A stretch of DNA of 48,535 nt from an uncultured Clostridia bacterium (GCA_947599995.1 CANQFW010000001.1:1-48535); one strand, 5' to 3'. Shown: positions 9,494 to 20,081, numbered from the stretch's first letter. A program made the numbers and translations. The notes: generated from the sequence alone by a model not told the origin.

Positions 9494-10102
9494 GTGGGGC
9501 AAATAGAAATTATAAAAAAAGACGATCTTTCAATGAAAATAGAGAAAACAAAGACTGCGAAAAAAACAAACCAAATTATTGTTGTTATTAAAAATAAGAT
9601 ATATTTATATAACAAAGTAGAAGGATTTTGGAAAAAGGAAATGGAATCAGACTGTATATATGGAAAAAATGGGTTTTCAAAAAATCGAATCGAGGGAGAC
9701 AGAACAACACCTATTGGTTCATTTGAAATTTTATATGCATTTGGTACTGAGGAAAAACCTAATACACAATTAGAATATCGAAAAATACTTAAAACATCTT
9801 ATTTTTCATATGATACAAGTAAAGAAGAAGAGTATAATAAATGGATAGAAAGCCAGATTAAAATTGAGGGTGAACATTTAATAGATTACCCTAAGCAATA
9901 TCATTATGCAATGGTTATAGGATTTAATAATAATCCTATTGTTGTTGGAAAGGGTTCTAGTATATTTTTACATGTAAAAGGTAGAAAAAAGTATACAGAA
10001 GGCTGTATCGCTGTAGATGAAGATGTTATGATATATTTATTTGAGAAAGTAAGAAAAGGTGCATATATAATAATGGTAGAAGATATTAAGGATATAGATT
10101 GA
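9494..10102 (+). CDS. YkuD-type L,D-transpeptidase-fold protein
   Basis: C-terminal SSIFLHVKGRKKYTEGCIAV matches the His...Gly-Cys catalytic motif of YkuD domains. The start is uncertain: the GTG at 9494 overlaps its own SD, and the next ATG is at 9530. Confidence 0.55.
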   Translation: MGQIEIIKKDDLSMKIEKTKTAKKTNQIIVVIKNKIYLYNKVEGFWKKEMESDCIYGKNGFSKNRIEGDRTTPIGSFEILYAFGTEEKPNTQLEYRKILKTSYFSYDTSKEEEYNKWIESQIKIEGEHLIDYPKQYHYAMVIGFNNNPIVVGKGSSIFLHVKGRKKYTEGCIAVDEDVMIYLFEKVRKGAYIIMVEDIKDID

Positions 10103-10155
10103 TATTTTAAACATTGGGTTATTATAGTCTTATATCCTGTAATATCATAAAATAT

Positions 10156-10184
10156 TTGCTTTTTTTGAAAATATGTTGTATAAT
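10156..10184 (+). promoter_or_regulatory. sigma-A-type promoter (TTGCTT-17-TATAAT)
   Basis: TTGCTT 10156-10161, 17-nt spacer, TATAAT 10179-10184, upstream of the M23 peptidase gene. Confidence 0.5.
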
Positions 10185-10220
10185 TATGTTTATTCGCGTA
10201 AAAAATACATATAAAGGAGA

Positions 10221-11216
10221 GTGTATATTATTTTAAGAACAAAACCGAAAATTCTCACAAAAGAAATGACAATAGTTTTGGAAACAATAATATTTTGGTT
10301 TGTAGTAGCAATCGCGATAATAAATATAAAATATAAACCAGCATATGAAGTGAAGATTGAAGGAGAAACAGTAGGATATATTTTTGACGAGACATCTTTT
10401 AAGAATAGAATTCAAGAAGAAATTATTAATCAAGATGGGAAGAATATTGAATATGTTTCACTAAATGTAGTTCCAGAATATAAAAAACAATTAGTAGCGA
10501 GAAATACGGCATTGAAAGAAGAAGATATTTTAGAAAAATTAAAAACAGAATATACTACTATAACATATAAATATTTTATAGTAGCATTAAACGATGAAGA
10601 AAAAGCGTATGTGGATACAATAGAGGAAGCGGAAGAAATTGTAGACAAAATAAAATCGGAATATCAGAATGATGAAATTAATCTACAAATTCTAACGAAA
10701 TATACACAAAATCAATTAGAAATAAATTGTGATACAATTGAAGTTGCAGAAAGAAATGTTATATCACAAATTGAAGAAATAAAAATTAAGGAAAAGGAAG
10801 AGGAAGAACGAAAAAATGCGTTAGCAATAATAAATGAGATAAAAGTATCTGTTTTACCAGTTACAGGAAAGATTACATCTAGATATGGAGAATCAAGTAA
10901 TTTAAGACGTTCAACACACACAGGAACAGATATAGCATGTAGCGCAGGAACAGATATAAAAGTTATAGCAAAAGGAAAGGTTACTTTTGCTGCGTACAGT
11001 GGGTCGTATGGAAATCTAGTTAAAATAGATCACGGAAACGGTGTAGAAACTTGGTATGGTCATTGCAGCAAAATTAATGTAAAAGCGGGACAAGAAGTAG
11101 AAGCAGGGGATGTTATTGCATTAGTCGGTTCAACGGGAAACTCAACAGGACCGCATTTACATTTAGAAATACGAATAAATGGAAAAACAGTAAATCCACA
11201 GGATTATTTATATTAA
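10221..11216 (+). CDS. membrane-anchored M23 (LytM-type) peptidoglycan endopeptidase
   Basis: N-terminal TM segment. HTGTDIA (HxxxD) and GPHLHLEIR (HxH) zinc motifs are intact. Confidence 0.85.
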   Translation: MYIILRTKPKILTKEMTIVLETIIFWFVVAIAIINIKYKPAYEVKIEGETVGYIFDETSFKNRIQEEIINQDGKNIEYVSLNVVPEYKKQLVARNTALKEEDILEKLKTEYTTITYKYFIVALNDEEKAYVDTIEEAEEIVDKIKSEYQNDEINLQILTKYTQNQLEINCDTIEVAERNVISQIEEIKIKEKEEEERKNALAIINEIKVSVLPVTGKITSRYGESSNLRRSTHTGTDIACSAGTDIKVIAKGKVTFAAYSGSYGNLVKIDHGNGVETWYGHCSKINVKAGQEVEAGDVIALVGSTGNSTGPHLHLEIRINGKTVNPQDYLY

Positions 11217-11225
11217 TTTTGTAAG

Positions 11226-11258
11226 AATAAGATTTTAGAATTCTAAAATCTTATTTTT
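11226..11258 (+). terminator. rho-independent terminator
   Basis: Perfect palindrome AATAAGATTTTAGAA/TTCTAAAATCTTATT (11226-11255) followed by TTT. Confidence 0.75.
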
Positions 11259-11344
11259 CTATTTAGTCTTGCTTAGTTTTTTATAATAGTATATAATTAT
11301 ACTTGTATTATAATAAATGGTTTAAAATATAGGGGGAATGTATA

Positions 11345-13006
11345 TTGACAGATATAGAAATTCAAAAAAGTATAAAATTAGAAAAGATTACTGAAATAGC
11401 CCATAAAATAAATTTATCTGATGAACAGATAGAAATTTATGGAAAGTATAAGGCTAAAATAGGTAATGAATTTTTAAATAAAGTAATTAAAAATGATGAT
11501 GGAAAACTAATATTAGTAACAGCTATGAATCCAACACCTTTGGGAGAAGGTAAAACAACAGTGTCTATTGCCATAGCAGATGCGCTAAATAAATTGAATA
11601 AAAAAACAATTTTAACATTGAGGGAACCTTCATTAGGACCAGTTTTTGGAATGAAAGGTGGGGCAACCGGAGGAGGAAAGTCACAAGTAGCTCCAATGGA
11701 AGATATTAATTTACATTTCACAGGGGATATGCATGCAATTACAAGTGCTAATAATTTATTATCTGCAATGATAGATAATCATATATATTTTGGAAATAAA
11801 TTAGACATAAAAAAGGTAGTATGGAAAAGATGTATGGATGTTAATGATAGACAACTAAGAAGTATTGAAACAGGTCTTTCAGGAGAAAGTAAAATTAAAA
11901 TAAGAAAAGATGGGTTTGACATAACAGCTGCATCAGAGATTATGGCAATACTATGTTTAGCCGAAGATGAAAAGGATTTAAAAATAAGACTGGGAAATAT
12001 AATAGTTGGATTTAATAGTAAAGAAGAACCAATATATGCAAAAGATTTAAAGGCAGAAGGAGCAATGCTTGTACTATTAAAAGATGCAATAAATCCAAAT
12101 TTAGTACAAACCTTAGAACATACTCCATGTATAATGCATGGAGGACCATTTGCAAATATTGCTCATGGATGCAATTCTGTAAGGGCTACAAGAACAGCTT
12201 TAAAATTAGCAGATTATGTTGTAACAGAAGCAGGATTTGGATCTGATTTGGGCGCAGAAAAGTTTCTAGATATAAAGACAAGAAAATCTGGAATAACGCC
12301 TAATGTTGTTGTTTGTGTTGCTACAATAAAGGCTATAAAATATCATGGAGGAGCTCTTAAAGATAATATTTTTGATGAAAATAATCAAGCACTAGAAGAA
12401 GGAATGAAAAATTTATTTAAACATGTATATAACTTAAAGAATGTATTTGGATTAAATACTATTGTAGCTATAAATAGATTTAATACAGATACTGATGCAG
12501 AAATACAATTAGTAGTAGAGAAATTAAAACAAAACAAAATAGAATCAAGCATAGTAGAAGGATGGGGAAAAGGCTCAGAAGGAGCAATAGATATAGCTGA
12601 GAAAATAATAAAAATCACCGAAAAGTATACTAAATTTAATTATGCATATGATGATAATGATAGTGTTAAAGAAAAAATAAAAAAGGTTGCAACTAAAATT
12701 TATGGTGCACAGGATGTAAAATATTCACAAAAAGCTTTAGAAAGCATACACAAAATTGAAACATTAGGAAAAAGTAAATTCCCAGTATGTATTGCAAAAA
12801 CACAGTATTCCTTCACAGATGATCCGAAAAATATTAAAGAAGTAGAAATGTTCGATTTACATGTAAAAGACGTTATTTTAAAAAATGGTGCGGAATTTAT
12901 TGTTGTTATAGCTGGTAGTATTATGACAATGCCGGGACTACCTAAAAACCCAGCTGCAGAGAATATAAATTTAAATGAAAATGGAGAAACTGTTGGAATA
13001 TTTTAA
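11345..13006 (+). CDS. fhs: formate--tetrahydrofolate ligase
   Basis: NPTPLGEGKTT P-loop and 553 aa with typical FTHFS sequence throughout. TTG start 7 nt after AGGGGGA. Confidence 0.93.
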   Translation: MTDIEIQKSIKLEKITEIAHKINLSDEQIEIYGKYKAKIGNEFLNKVIKNDDGKLILVTAMNPTPLGEGKTTVSIAIADALNKLNKKTILTLREPSLGPVFGMKGGATGGGKSQVAPMEDINLHFTGDMHAITSANNLLSAMIDNHIYFGNKLDIKKVVWKRCMDVNDRQLRSIETGLSGESKIKIRKDGFDITAASEIMAILCLAEDEKDLKIRLGNIIVGFNSKEEPIYAKDLKAEGAMLVLLKDAINPNLVQTLEHTPCIMHGGPFANIAHGCNSVRATRTALKLADYVVTEAGFGSDLGAEKFLDIKTRKSGITPNVVVCVATIKAIKYHGGALKDNIFDENNQALEEGMKNLFKHVYNLKNVFGLNTIVAINRFNTDTDAEIQLVVEKLKQNKIESSIVEGWGKGSEGAIDIAEKIIKITEKYTKFNYAYDDNDSVKEKIKKVATKIYGAQDVKYSQKALESIHKIETLGKSKFPVCIAKTQYSFTDDPKNIKEVEMFDLHVKDVILKNGAEFIVVIAGSIMTMPGLPKNPAAENINLNENGETVGIF

Positions 13007-13065
13007 AGTTATTAACAATAACATTATTTTGACTAAAAATATCAAAAAAAGGTATAAACTAGTAA

Positions 13066-13109
13066 AAACCTTCAAATAATAAATTAAATTATTATTTGGA
13101 GGTTTTTTT
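13066..13109 (+). terminator. fhs terminator whose 3' arm contains the gpr Shine-Dalgarno
   Basis: 17-bp stem AAACCTTCAAATAATAA (13066-13082) / TTATTATTTGGAGGTTT (13089-13105, one G-U pair) plus a T-run. It abuts the gpr ATG at 13110. Confidence 0.75.
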
Positions 13110-14033
13110 ATGTATAATTTTAGAACAGATTTAGCATCAGAAAGAAGAGACATATTTAAAAAAGCAAATCAAGTAAAAGGTAAAATAGATGGAATTGAGA
13201 GCGAAGAGCAAGAAATAAATGAGAAAATAAAGGTAGAAAGAGTAAAGATTACAAATGAAAATGGAGAAAAGTCGATAGGTAAGCCGATAGGAAACTATAT
13301 TACAATAGATATAAAAAAGTTAAAAGTAGCAACAGATGAAGAAATTCAAAAATATTCAGAAGTATTGGCTGATGAATTAAAAAAAATTATTGATTGTAAT
13401 GTTGAAAAAGAAGGTGAGATACTGGTAGTTGGGCTTGGGAATTTGTATGTAACGCCAGATAGCCTCGGACCTAAGGTTATAAATGAAATTGAAGTTACAA
13501 GACATGTAATTAAATATTTACCACAATATGTGCAAGAGGGTACAAGAGCAGTAAGTGCCATTTCACCAGGAGTACTCGGTACTACAGGAATCGAGACAGT
13601 GGAAATCTTAAAAGGAATAGTTGATAATATTCATCCTAAACTTCTTATAGTAATAGATGCCTTAGCTTCAAGAAGTATTGAAAGAATTAGTTCTACAATA
13701 CAGATTTCCGATACAGGTATTGTTCCTGGTGCGGGAGTGGGGAATAAGAGAGAAGAAATAAGTAAGAAAAGTTTAGGAATTCCAGTAGTGGCTATAGGAA
13801 TTCCGACAGTTGTGGAATCTGCTGTGCTAGTAAATGACTCTTTAGATTTATTTATAGAAAAACTTCAGCAAGATGCTAGATCTAATGATTATTTAAATAA
13901 GTTAAAGGAAGAGGATAATTATGAGGAGATAAAAGAAGCCTTAATGCCTAAAGATTATAATTTTATTGTTACACCAAAGGAGATTGATGATTTGATTGAA
14001 AATATGAAGGATATAGTTGCAGCACGGAATTAA
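13110..14033 (+). CDS. gpr: germination protease (spore endopeptidase GPR)
   Basis: N-terminus MYNFRTDLASERRD plus the GLGN..VTPD.LGP and IDALA motifs typical of GPR. The C-terminal few codons may be affected by an indel (see findings). Confidence 0.88.
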   Translation: MYNFRTDLASERRDIFKKANQVKGKIDGIESEEQEINEKIKVERVKITNENGEKSIGKPIGNYITIDIKKLKVATDEEIQKYSEVLADELKKIIDCNVEKEGEILVVGLGNLYVTPDSLGPKVINEIEVTRHVIKYLPQYVQEGTRAVSAISPGVLGTTGIETVEILKGIVDNIHPKLLIVIDALASRSIERISSTIQISDTGIVPGAGVGNKREEISKKSLGIPVVAIGIPTVVESAVLVNDSLDLFIEKLQQDARSNDYLNKLKEEDNYEEIKEALMPKDYNFIVTPKEIDDLIENMKDIVAARN

Positions 14034-14087
14034 TCAGAGTGTGTGAAAAAATAATTAGTTAATAGATAAATTTTTTTAGAATTTTAG

Positions 14088-14117
14088 TTGCGGACGTAGT
14101 CTGCCGTATGATATAAT
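14088..14117 (+). promoter_or_regulatory. sigma-A-type promoter (TTGCGG-18-TGATATAAT)
   Basis: TTGCGG 14088-14093, TATAAT 14112-14117 with TGA immediately upstream. It precedes the M14 peptidase gene. Confidence 0.45.
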
Positions 14118-14145
14118 TGTTTACATAGTTTGAAAGGAGAACACT

Positions 14146-15537
14146 ATGGAAAAAAACATTATTGATTACGAACAAACTAAAGAAAAATTACAAGATATTG
14201 TAAAAAAAGGTACAATTAACAAAGAGAAAAACCTCGCTATAACGAAATATGGGTTACCAATAGAGCATTTTACTGTAGGTAAAGGAGAAAAAGATGTAGT
14301 AATAACAGGAGCTACACATGGCTCTGAAATAATAACAACAGATTTTGTGATAAAATTAATGGAAGATATAAATCCAAAAAACAATGTATGGAGTGATATT
14401 TTAAAAGAGTTTAAAATACATTTTATACCTATTCTAAATCCAGAAGGATATTTAATTTCAACTTCTGCGATTAGACAGTTAATTCCAAGGCAGATGGAGC
14501 AAGAAGAAGTCCAAAAAATTTGCAAACAGTACTATTTAGCATATAGAGAAGATGATGTAAATCCGAAAACAGTAAAAAGGTTCCAAAAGATGTTTGAAAA
14601 TATTGATTATACTTGTATACCTGAAAAATACCATGACTTAAGAGAGTCTGTAAAAAATATATTCGAAAAATATCCTGATCTACCTAAAGGGTGTCTACAA
14701 ATGTGGAGTTCAAATGGTAATGGGGTAGATATTCAGGCAAATTCAAAATATAATCCTCAAATAGATAAAATCATGGCAAATAAAAAAATATACATGAAAT
14801 CAAAAAGATTTGATAATATAGATATTTCACATCCTGGACCAATAAATTGTCCTTTTGACAGGGAACAAGGATTTAAAACTGAAATAGAAACAAAAGCAAT
14901 TACAGAATTATTAGAAGAACTAAATGAAAAAGACAAATTATTTTTATATTTAAATTATCATAGTACAGGTGGAATGATATATCAAAGACCATCTATTCCA
15001 CCTGAAGAATTACACATTTCCGATGAGGAGCAAGAAAAAAATGAAAAGATAAACTATATGCTTTCACAGGCCTATGCAAGTAGAACATATAAAAATAAAA
15101 GCAAAGATGAATTTGGAATGGATAATAGAAACAAAACAAGATATTTGGTTCAAACAGGACAAATGGCAGCAACTTGTACTAATGATATATTTAGAATTAA
15201 ATATCCGCAAGACCTATTAATAGAGTTATCCGCAATGGGAGGAAATCCGATTGCACCGTATGGTGACCTTGAGGGAAACTATACAAATACAATAAAGTCA
15301 AATTTGGATGCTACGAAGTTTACTTTGCATATAGGAAGTTTATTAAAGCGAATGTGCGAGGAATTTTATAATAAAGTACATAAATTGGAAGGACATAATG
15401 ATTATGAATTAATGATGTGGTTTGAACAGCGCATTTTTGATGAGTTTTATAACAAAATTATGAATTTTTTAGGCATAAAAGATGAATTTGGAGAAAATGA
15501 GGAGAAAAAAAAGAGAAAATGTGATCAACCAAGGTAA
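14146..15537 (+). CDS. M14-family zinc carboxypeptidase/peptidoglycan peptidase
   Basis: ATHGSEIIT (HxxE zinc site), LNPEGY, NYHSTGG (second His). No obvious signal peptide. Confidence 0.7.
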   Translation: MEKNIIDYEQTKEKLQDIVKKGTINKEKNLAITKYGLPIEHFTVGKGEKDVVITGATHGSEIITTDFVIKLMEDINPKNNVWSDILKEFKIHFIPILNPEGYLISTSAIRQLIPRQMEQEEVQKICKQYYLAYREDDVNPKTVKRFQKMFENIDYTCIPEKYHDLRESVKNIFEKYPDLPKGCLQMWSSNGNGVDIQANSKYNPQIDKIMANKKIYMKSKRFDNIDISHPGPINCPFDREQGFKTEIETKAITELLEELNEKDKLFLYLNYHSTGGMIYQRPSIPPEELHISDEEQEKNEKINYMLSQAYASRTYKNKSKDEFGMDNRNKTRYLVQTGQMAATCTNDIFRIKYPQDLLIELSAMGGNPIAPYGDLEGNYTNTIKSNLDATKFTLHIGSLLKRMCEEFYNKVHKLEGHNDYELMMWFEQRIFDEFYNKIMNFLGIKDEFGENEEKKKRKCDQPR

Positions 15538-15584
15538 AAAATCTTAGTATCACTTTTTGTGCTTTTGGAGGAATGAGATAAAAA

Positions 15585-16449
15585 ATGAGGGAACAAAGAT
15601 ATGTATTAAAAAATCAAGATTCATTTGAATTAAAAGACATTTTTGAATGTGGACAATGCTTCAGATGGAATAAAGAGCAAGATGAAAGCTATACGGGAGT
15701 ATTCAAAGGAAATGTATTAAATGTAAAGAAGCAAAATGAAGATATAATTTTTAGAGGAATGATAGATGGAGATATAAAGGAAGTTGTAACAGACTACTTT
15801 GACTTGAATAGGGATTATAGTCTGATAAAAGAAGAGTTATCAAAAATAGATATATATTTAAAAGAAAGTATTGAATATGGAGGCGGAATACGTATTTTAA
15901 ATCAAGACTTGTGGGAAACAATAATATCGTTTATTATATCAGCAAATAACAATATTCCTAGAATTAAAGGAATAGTAGAAAGACTATGTAGCAGATATGG
16001 TTCTAAAATAGAGTGGAATAATAAAATCTATTATGCTTTCCCCACAGCTAAACAACTACAAAATGTAACAGTAGAAGAGTTCAGAAGCTTAGGATTAGGT
16101 TTTAGGGATATTAGACTTTATGAAACCACTCGGAATGATATTAGAAAGTAAAATTGATTTAGAAGAGTTACATAAAGAGTCTACAATAAATGTAAGAAAA
16201 AAATTATTGAATCTTTCGGGTGTGGGACCAAAAGTTGCAGATTGCATTTTGCTATTTTCAACTTTAAAAAGATTTGATGTATTTCCAATTGATATATGGG
16301 TAAGACGTGTTATGAATGAATTATATATAAAAAAAGAAGATGAAGGCAAAATAAACAAAAAAGAAATAATGAGAATGGCAGAAGAAAAATTTGGAAATTT
16401 AGAGGGATTAGCACAGCAATATTTATTTTACTGGAGACGAGAAGCATAG
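15585..16449 (+). pseudogene. ogg: 8-oxoguanine DNA glycosylase/HhH-GPD glycosylase, one frameshift (or assembly indel)
   Basis: Two overlapping ORFs (15585-16151, 16120-16449) together give a full Ogg-type protein. The second carries LSGVGPKVADCILLF...FPIDIWV (HhH-GPD). The frame switch is near 16131-16137 (CGGAATGAT). Confidence 0.8.
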
Positions 16450-16521
16450 AAATTTAATTAAGTAAGATAACATTATTTAAGTTGTAAAAACGAGAGAAAA
16501 ATTAAAGAAAGGAATAGAAAA

Positions 16522-19500
16522 ATGTATTTAAAAAGACTAGAACTACAAGGTTTCAAATCATTTGCTGATAAAACAGTACTAGAATTTATGCCAGGAATTA
16601 CAAGTGTAATAGGTCCAAATGGTTCAGGAAAAAGTAATATATCAGATAGTATAAGATGGGTTTTAGGAGAACAAAGTATGAGATCCCTAAGAAGCGGAAA
16701 ATCGACTGATGTAATTTTTGCAGGAACACAAAATAGAAAATCATTAGGCTTTGCAGAGGTTTCACTTATATTTGACAATTCAGATGGAAGTCTCCCTATA
16801 GAATTTACGGAGGTAACTATCACGAGAAAAATATACAGAAGTGGAGAAACAGGATATTTCATAAATAAAGTTCCTTGTAGATTGAAAGATGTACTAGAAT
16901 TATTTATGGACACTGGAATAGGCAAAGATGGTTATTCAATAATAGGTCAAGGAAAAATTGATGAAATTTTAAGTAATAAATCTGAAGACAGAAGAAATGT
17001 TTTTGAAGAAGCGGCTGGAATCGTAAAATATAAAACAAGAAAAGAAGAATCAGAAAAAAAATTGGAACATACCAAGCTAAACTTACTTAGAATAAACGAT
17101 ATATTGTCAGAAATAGAAGCTAATATGGAGCCTCTAAAAGAACAAGCAAGCAAGGCTAAAAAGTTTTTAAATTTAAAAGAAGAACTTAAAGAGATTGAGG
17201 TTGGTTTATTCTATTTTAATATAGAAAAATATAAAAAGGAGCTTGTAAATATTCAAAAAGATATTGAAATAATTACAGATAACTGTAATTTAGAAGAAGG
17301 AAAACTAGAAAAAATTAAAATTTTAAAAGAGGAGTTAAATTCTAAATTAGATGAAATTACTTTAGAAATAGAAAATGCTCAAAATATCGGATTCGAAAGC
17401 CAAAAAAATATTGAAAAATTAAATTCTGACATAAATGTGGCAAAAGCTAATGTTCAGAACAATATAGAAAATATTGAAAATAATAAAAAAGATATTGAAG
17501 AACTTTCTCAAAAAATATTAAAATCCAAAAAAGACATAGAAGAAAAGTTAAACAAAAAAAATAGCCTAAAGGAAAATAGACAGAAATTTGAAGAAGAACT
17601 TAATGAAAAACAAAGTAAATTAAGTGAGATTCAAAAAAATCTTTCAGATGAACAATTACATATAGAGAACTTAAAGAAGAAATTAGAGCAGAATATTGAC
17701 GAAAAATATGAGATTGAATCAGATACAAATACTCAAAATGCAAATATTTTAAACTATGAAAAAAGGAAATCTCAAATTGAAGATGAAATAAATTTTAACT
17801 GCTCAGAATTAGACAATATAAGTTTTAAGAAAGAAGAAATTGTAAATGAATTTTCTAAAATAAAAAAAGAAAGAGATAATATTAAGCAACAATTAGAAGA
17901 AAATGTCATTGAGAAGAATAAATTAGAAGATGAGGTTAAGTTATATGATAAAAAAATAAATAATTTAATCCAAACAAAACAGTTAACAGAAAGTAGATAC
18001 AATTTTCTTATAGAGACAGAAAAGGAAAAGGAAGGGTACGTAAAAAGTGTAAAGAGCATATTAAATGATGCAAATTTAATAAAATCATTGGGAGAAGGTA
18101 TGCATGGAGCTTTAGCAAATCTTATAAATGTACCAAAAGAATTCAAAATAGCTATAGAAATGGCTTTAGGAGCAGGACTTCAAAATATAGTAACTAGCAC
18201 AGAAGAGGATGCTAAAAAATTAATACAGTATTTAAGGGAGAATAATTTAGGAAGAGCATCTTTTTTACCTATTTCCTCTGTTAAAGGAAGCAAGATTGGA
18301 AAAATTAAAGATGCAGAGATTGCAATAGGTGTTGCATCTGATTTGATAGAGTATGATAGAAAATATGAAAACATAATATTAAATTTGCTTGGTAGAACTG
18401 TAGTTGTTAAAAATATGGATTTGGGAGTAAAGTTAGCAAAACAAAATGGCTATTCCTTTAGAATAGTAACTCTAGAAGGAGATGTCATAAACTCATCAGG
18501 TGCAATCTCTGGAGGTTCAATTTCTAAAAAAACTACTAGTATTTTAGGTAGAGGAAAAGAAATTGAAGAATTAAAGCAAAAAATTGAAAGTTTAGATACG
18601 CTAATAGTTGAGTTAAAAAAACAAAGAGATTTAAAAAGTGAAGATTTATCAAAATTGCAAAGCAAAAATAAAAGTATAGAAGAAATGCTTCAAACAATAG
18701 AAATTAAGTTTAATGTAGAAAAGCAAAAATGTGAATCTGTTGATGAAAATATGGAAAGAGTAAGATTAAATATCGTAAAATTTAGGCAAGAAAAAACAAA
18801 TTTATTAGCACAAAAGGAAGAAATACAAAAGTTTATTTCTGAAAATAATAGGAGGCTTGAACAGATTCAAAAAGAAAATGTACAATTGCAAGATAAAATA
18901 AATGATTATGCTGAGAAAAATAAAGAAATAAACAAAATTGTAGATGATTTAAATTTTGATATAACTAATTTAAAAATATCTGTTTCATCATTTGATGAAA
19001 GTGAAAATTCAATTAATGAGATTCAGAGTTTAATTAAAAAAGATATAGAGAATAATACTAAAGGTGTTGAAGCGAAAGAAAAGAAAAATCAGATTTTAGA
19101 AAGTGAAATTGATACTTTAAACAGTATTATTCTTAAAAATCAAGAAGAAATAAAGAACATAAATGATGTAGTATGTAAAAGTAAAACTAATATTGAAAGG
19201 TTTAAAGAAGAAAGAATAACGATATCTGAAAAAATTAAGAAGCAAGAAGAAATGCAAGTAGAAGAATTCAAGATCATAGAAGAATTAAAAGCACAAATTG
19301 TTAAAACAGAAGTTAAGAAAACTAAAATAGAAGAAGACCTAAATGAAGTAGTTAATAGTCTTTGGGAAGAGTATGAACTTACTCCAAATACTAAACAAGA
19401 TTACCACAAGCCTGAAAATGTTGTAAATACACAAAAAATTGTAAATAATTTAAGACAAGATATAAGAAATTTAGGAAGCGTTAATGTTGATGCAATAGAA

Positions 19501-20061
19501 GAATACAAGAACTTAAGTAAAAGATATGATTTTATGTGTGAACAAAGGCTTGATTTAGAAAATACAATGACAAAACTTAGAAATATGATTTCAGAAATAA
19601 CAGGGACAATGAAAAAACAATTTAAAGAAAGATTTGAAATCATAAACAAAAATTTCGGAGATGTATTTAGCGAATTATTTGGAGGAGGAAAAGCAGAAAT
19701 TACTCTTGAAGATGAATCAAATATTTTAGAGTGTGGAATAAATATAAATGTTCAGCCACCAGGAAAAAAATTACAAAGTATGATGCTCTTATCTGGAGGT
19801 GAGAAAGCTTTTACTGCAATTGCTTTATTATTTGCCATTTTAAAAATGACCCCTGCGCCATTCTGCGTTTTGGATGAAATTGAAGCAGCATTGGATGATG
19901 TTAATGTTTATAGATATGCAGAATTTTTGAAGAAATTTTCTAAAGATACACAGTTCTTGGTTATAACTCATAGAAAGGGTACAATGGAGGTGGCTGATAC
20001 GGTTTATGGCATTACTATGGAGGAAAGTGGAATTTCAAAATTGCTTTCAATGAAATTATGA
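16522..20061 (+). CDS. smc: chromosome partition protein Smc
   Basis: N-terminal FKSF...GPNGSGKSN Walker A, long coiled coils, a hinge, and C-terminal LSGGEK signature plus FCVLDEIEAALD Walker B; 1179 aa. Confidence 0.95.
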   Translation: MYLKRLELQGFKSFADKTVLEFMPGITSVIGPNGSGKSNISDSIRWVLGEQSMRSLRSGKSTDVIFAGTQNRKSLGFAEVSLIFDNSDGSLPIEFTEVTITRKIYRSGETGYFINKVPCRLKDVLELFMDTGIGKDGYSIIGQGKIDEILSNKSEDRRNVFEEAAGIVKYKTRKEESEKKLEHTKLNLLRINDILSEIEANMEPLKEQASKAKKFLNLKEELKEIEVGLFYFNIEKYKKELVNIQKDIEIITDNCNLEEGKLEKIKILKEELNSKLDEITLEIENAQNIGFESQKNIEKLNSDINVAKANVQNNIENIENNKKDIEELSQKILKSKKDIEEKLNKKNSLKENRQKFEEELNEKQSKLSEIQKNLSDEQLHIENLKKKLEQNIDEKYEIESDTNTQNANILNYEKRKSQIEDEINFNCSELDNISFKKEEIVNEFSKIKKERDNIKQQLEENVIEKNKLEDEVKLYDKKINNLIQTKQLTESRYNFLIETEKEKEGYVKSVKSILNDANLIKSLGEGMHGALANLINVPKEFKIAIEMALGAGLQNIVTSTEEDAKKLIQYLRENNLGRASFLPISSVKGSKIGKIKDAEIAIGVASDLIEYDRKYENIILNLLGRTVVVKNMDLGVKLAKQNGYSFRIVTLEGDVINSSGAISGGSISKKTTSILGRGKEIEELKQKIESLDTLIVELKKQRDLKSEDLSKLQSKNKSIEEMLQTIEIKFNVEKQKCESVDENMERVRLNIVKFRQEKTNLLAQKEEIQKFISENNRRLEQIQKENVQLQDKINDYAEKNKEINKIVDDLNFDITNLKISVSSFDESENSINEIQSLIKKDIENNTKGVEAKEKKNQILESEIDTLNSIILKNQEEIKNINDVVCKSKTNIERFKEERITISEKIKKQEEMQVEEFKIIEELKAQIVKTEVKKTKIEEDLNEVVNSLWEEYELTPNTKQDYHKPENVVNTQKIVNNLRQDIRNLGSVNVDAIEEYKNLSKRYDFMCEQRLDLENTMTKLRNMISEITGTMKKQFKERFEIINKNFGDVFSELFGGGKAEITLEDESNILECGININVQPPGKKLQSMMLLSGGEKAFTAIALLFAILKMTPAPFCVLDEIEAALDDVNVYRYAEFLKKFSKDTQFLVITHRKGTMEVADTVYGITMEESGISKLLSMKL

Positions 20062-20081
20062 TTTATCTAAAAATATAGTGT

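Noticed and set aside
9400-9615. A 71-aa, very hydrophobic minus-strand ORF lies in or overlaps the dapA/L,D-transpeptidase intergenic region.
   Set aside because: The hydrophobicity comes from poly-T/A codons. It has no RBS and overlaps the start of the plus-strand gene, so it is probably spurious.
13040-13100. A forespore sigma-F/G-type promoter for gpr (GTATA...N17...CAAATAATA).
   Set aside because: The match to GNATR-N17/18-CATNNTA is poor at key positions, so I did not call it.
16473-16925. Many 60-170-aa ORFs lie antisense to or overlap long genes. Examples: 16473-16925, 14166-14525, 17772-18146, 27944-28459, 44228-44599, 44296-44643, 7809-8156, 46968-47270.
   Set aside because: They are shadow ORFs opposite well-supported genes. 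Their composition is typical of AT-rich antisense frames (F/I/L/S/K-rich). None has an RBS or a recognisable motif.
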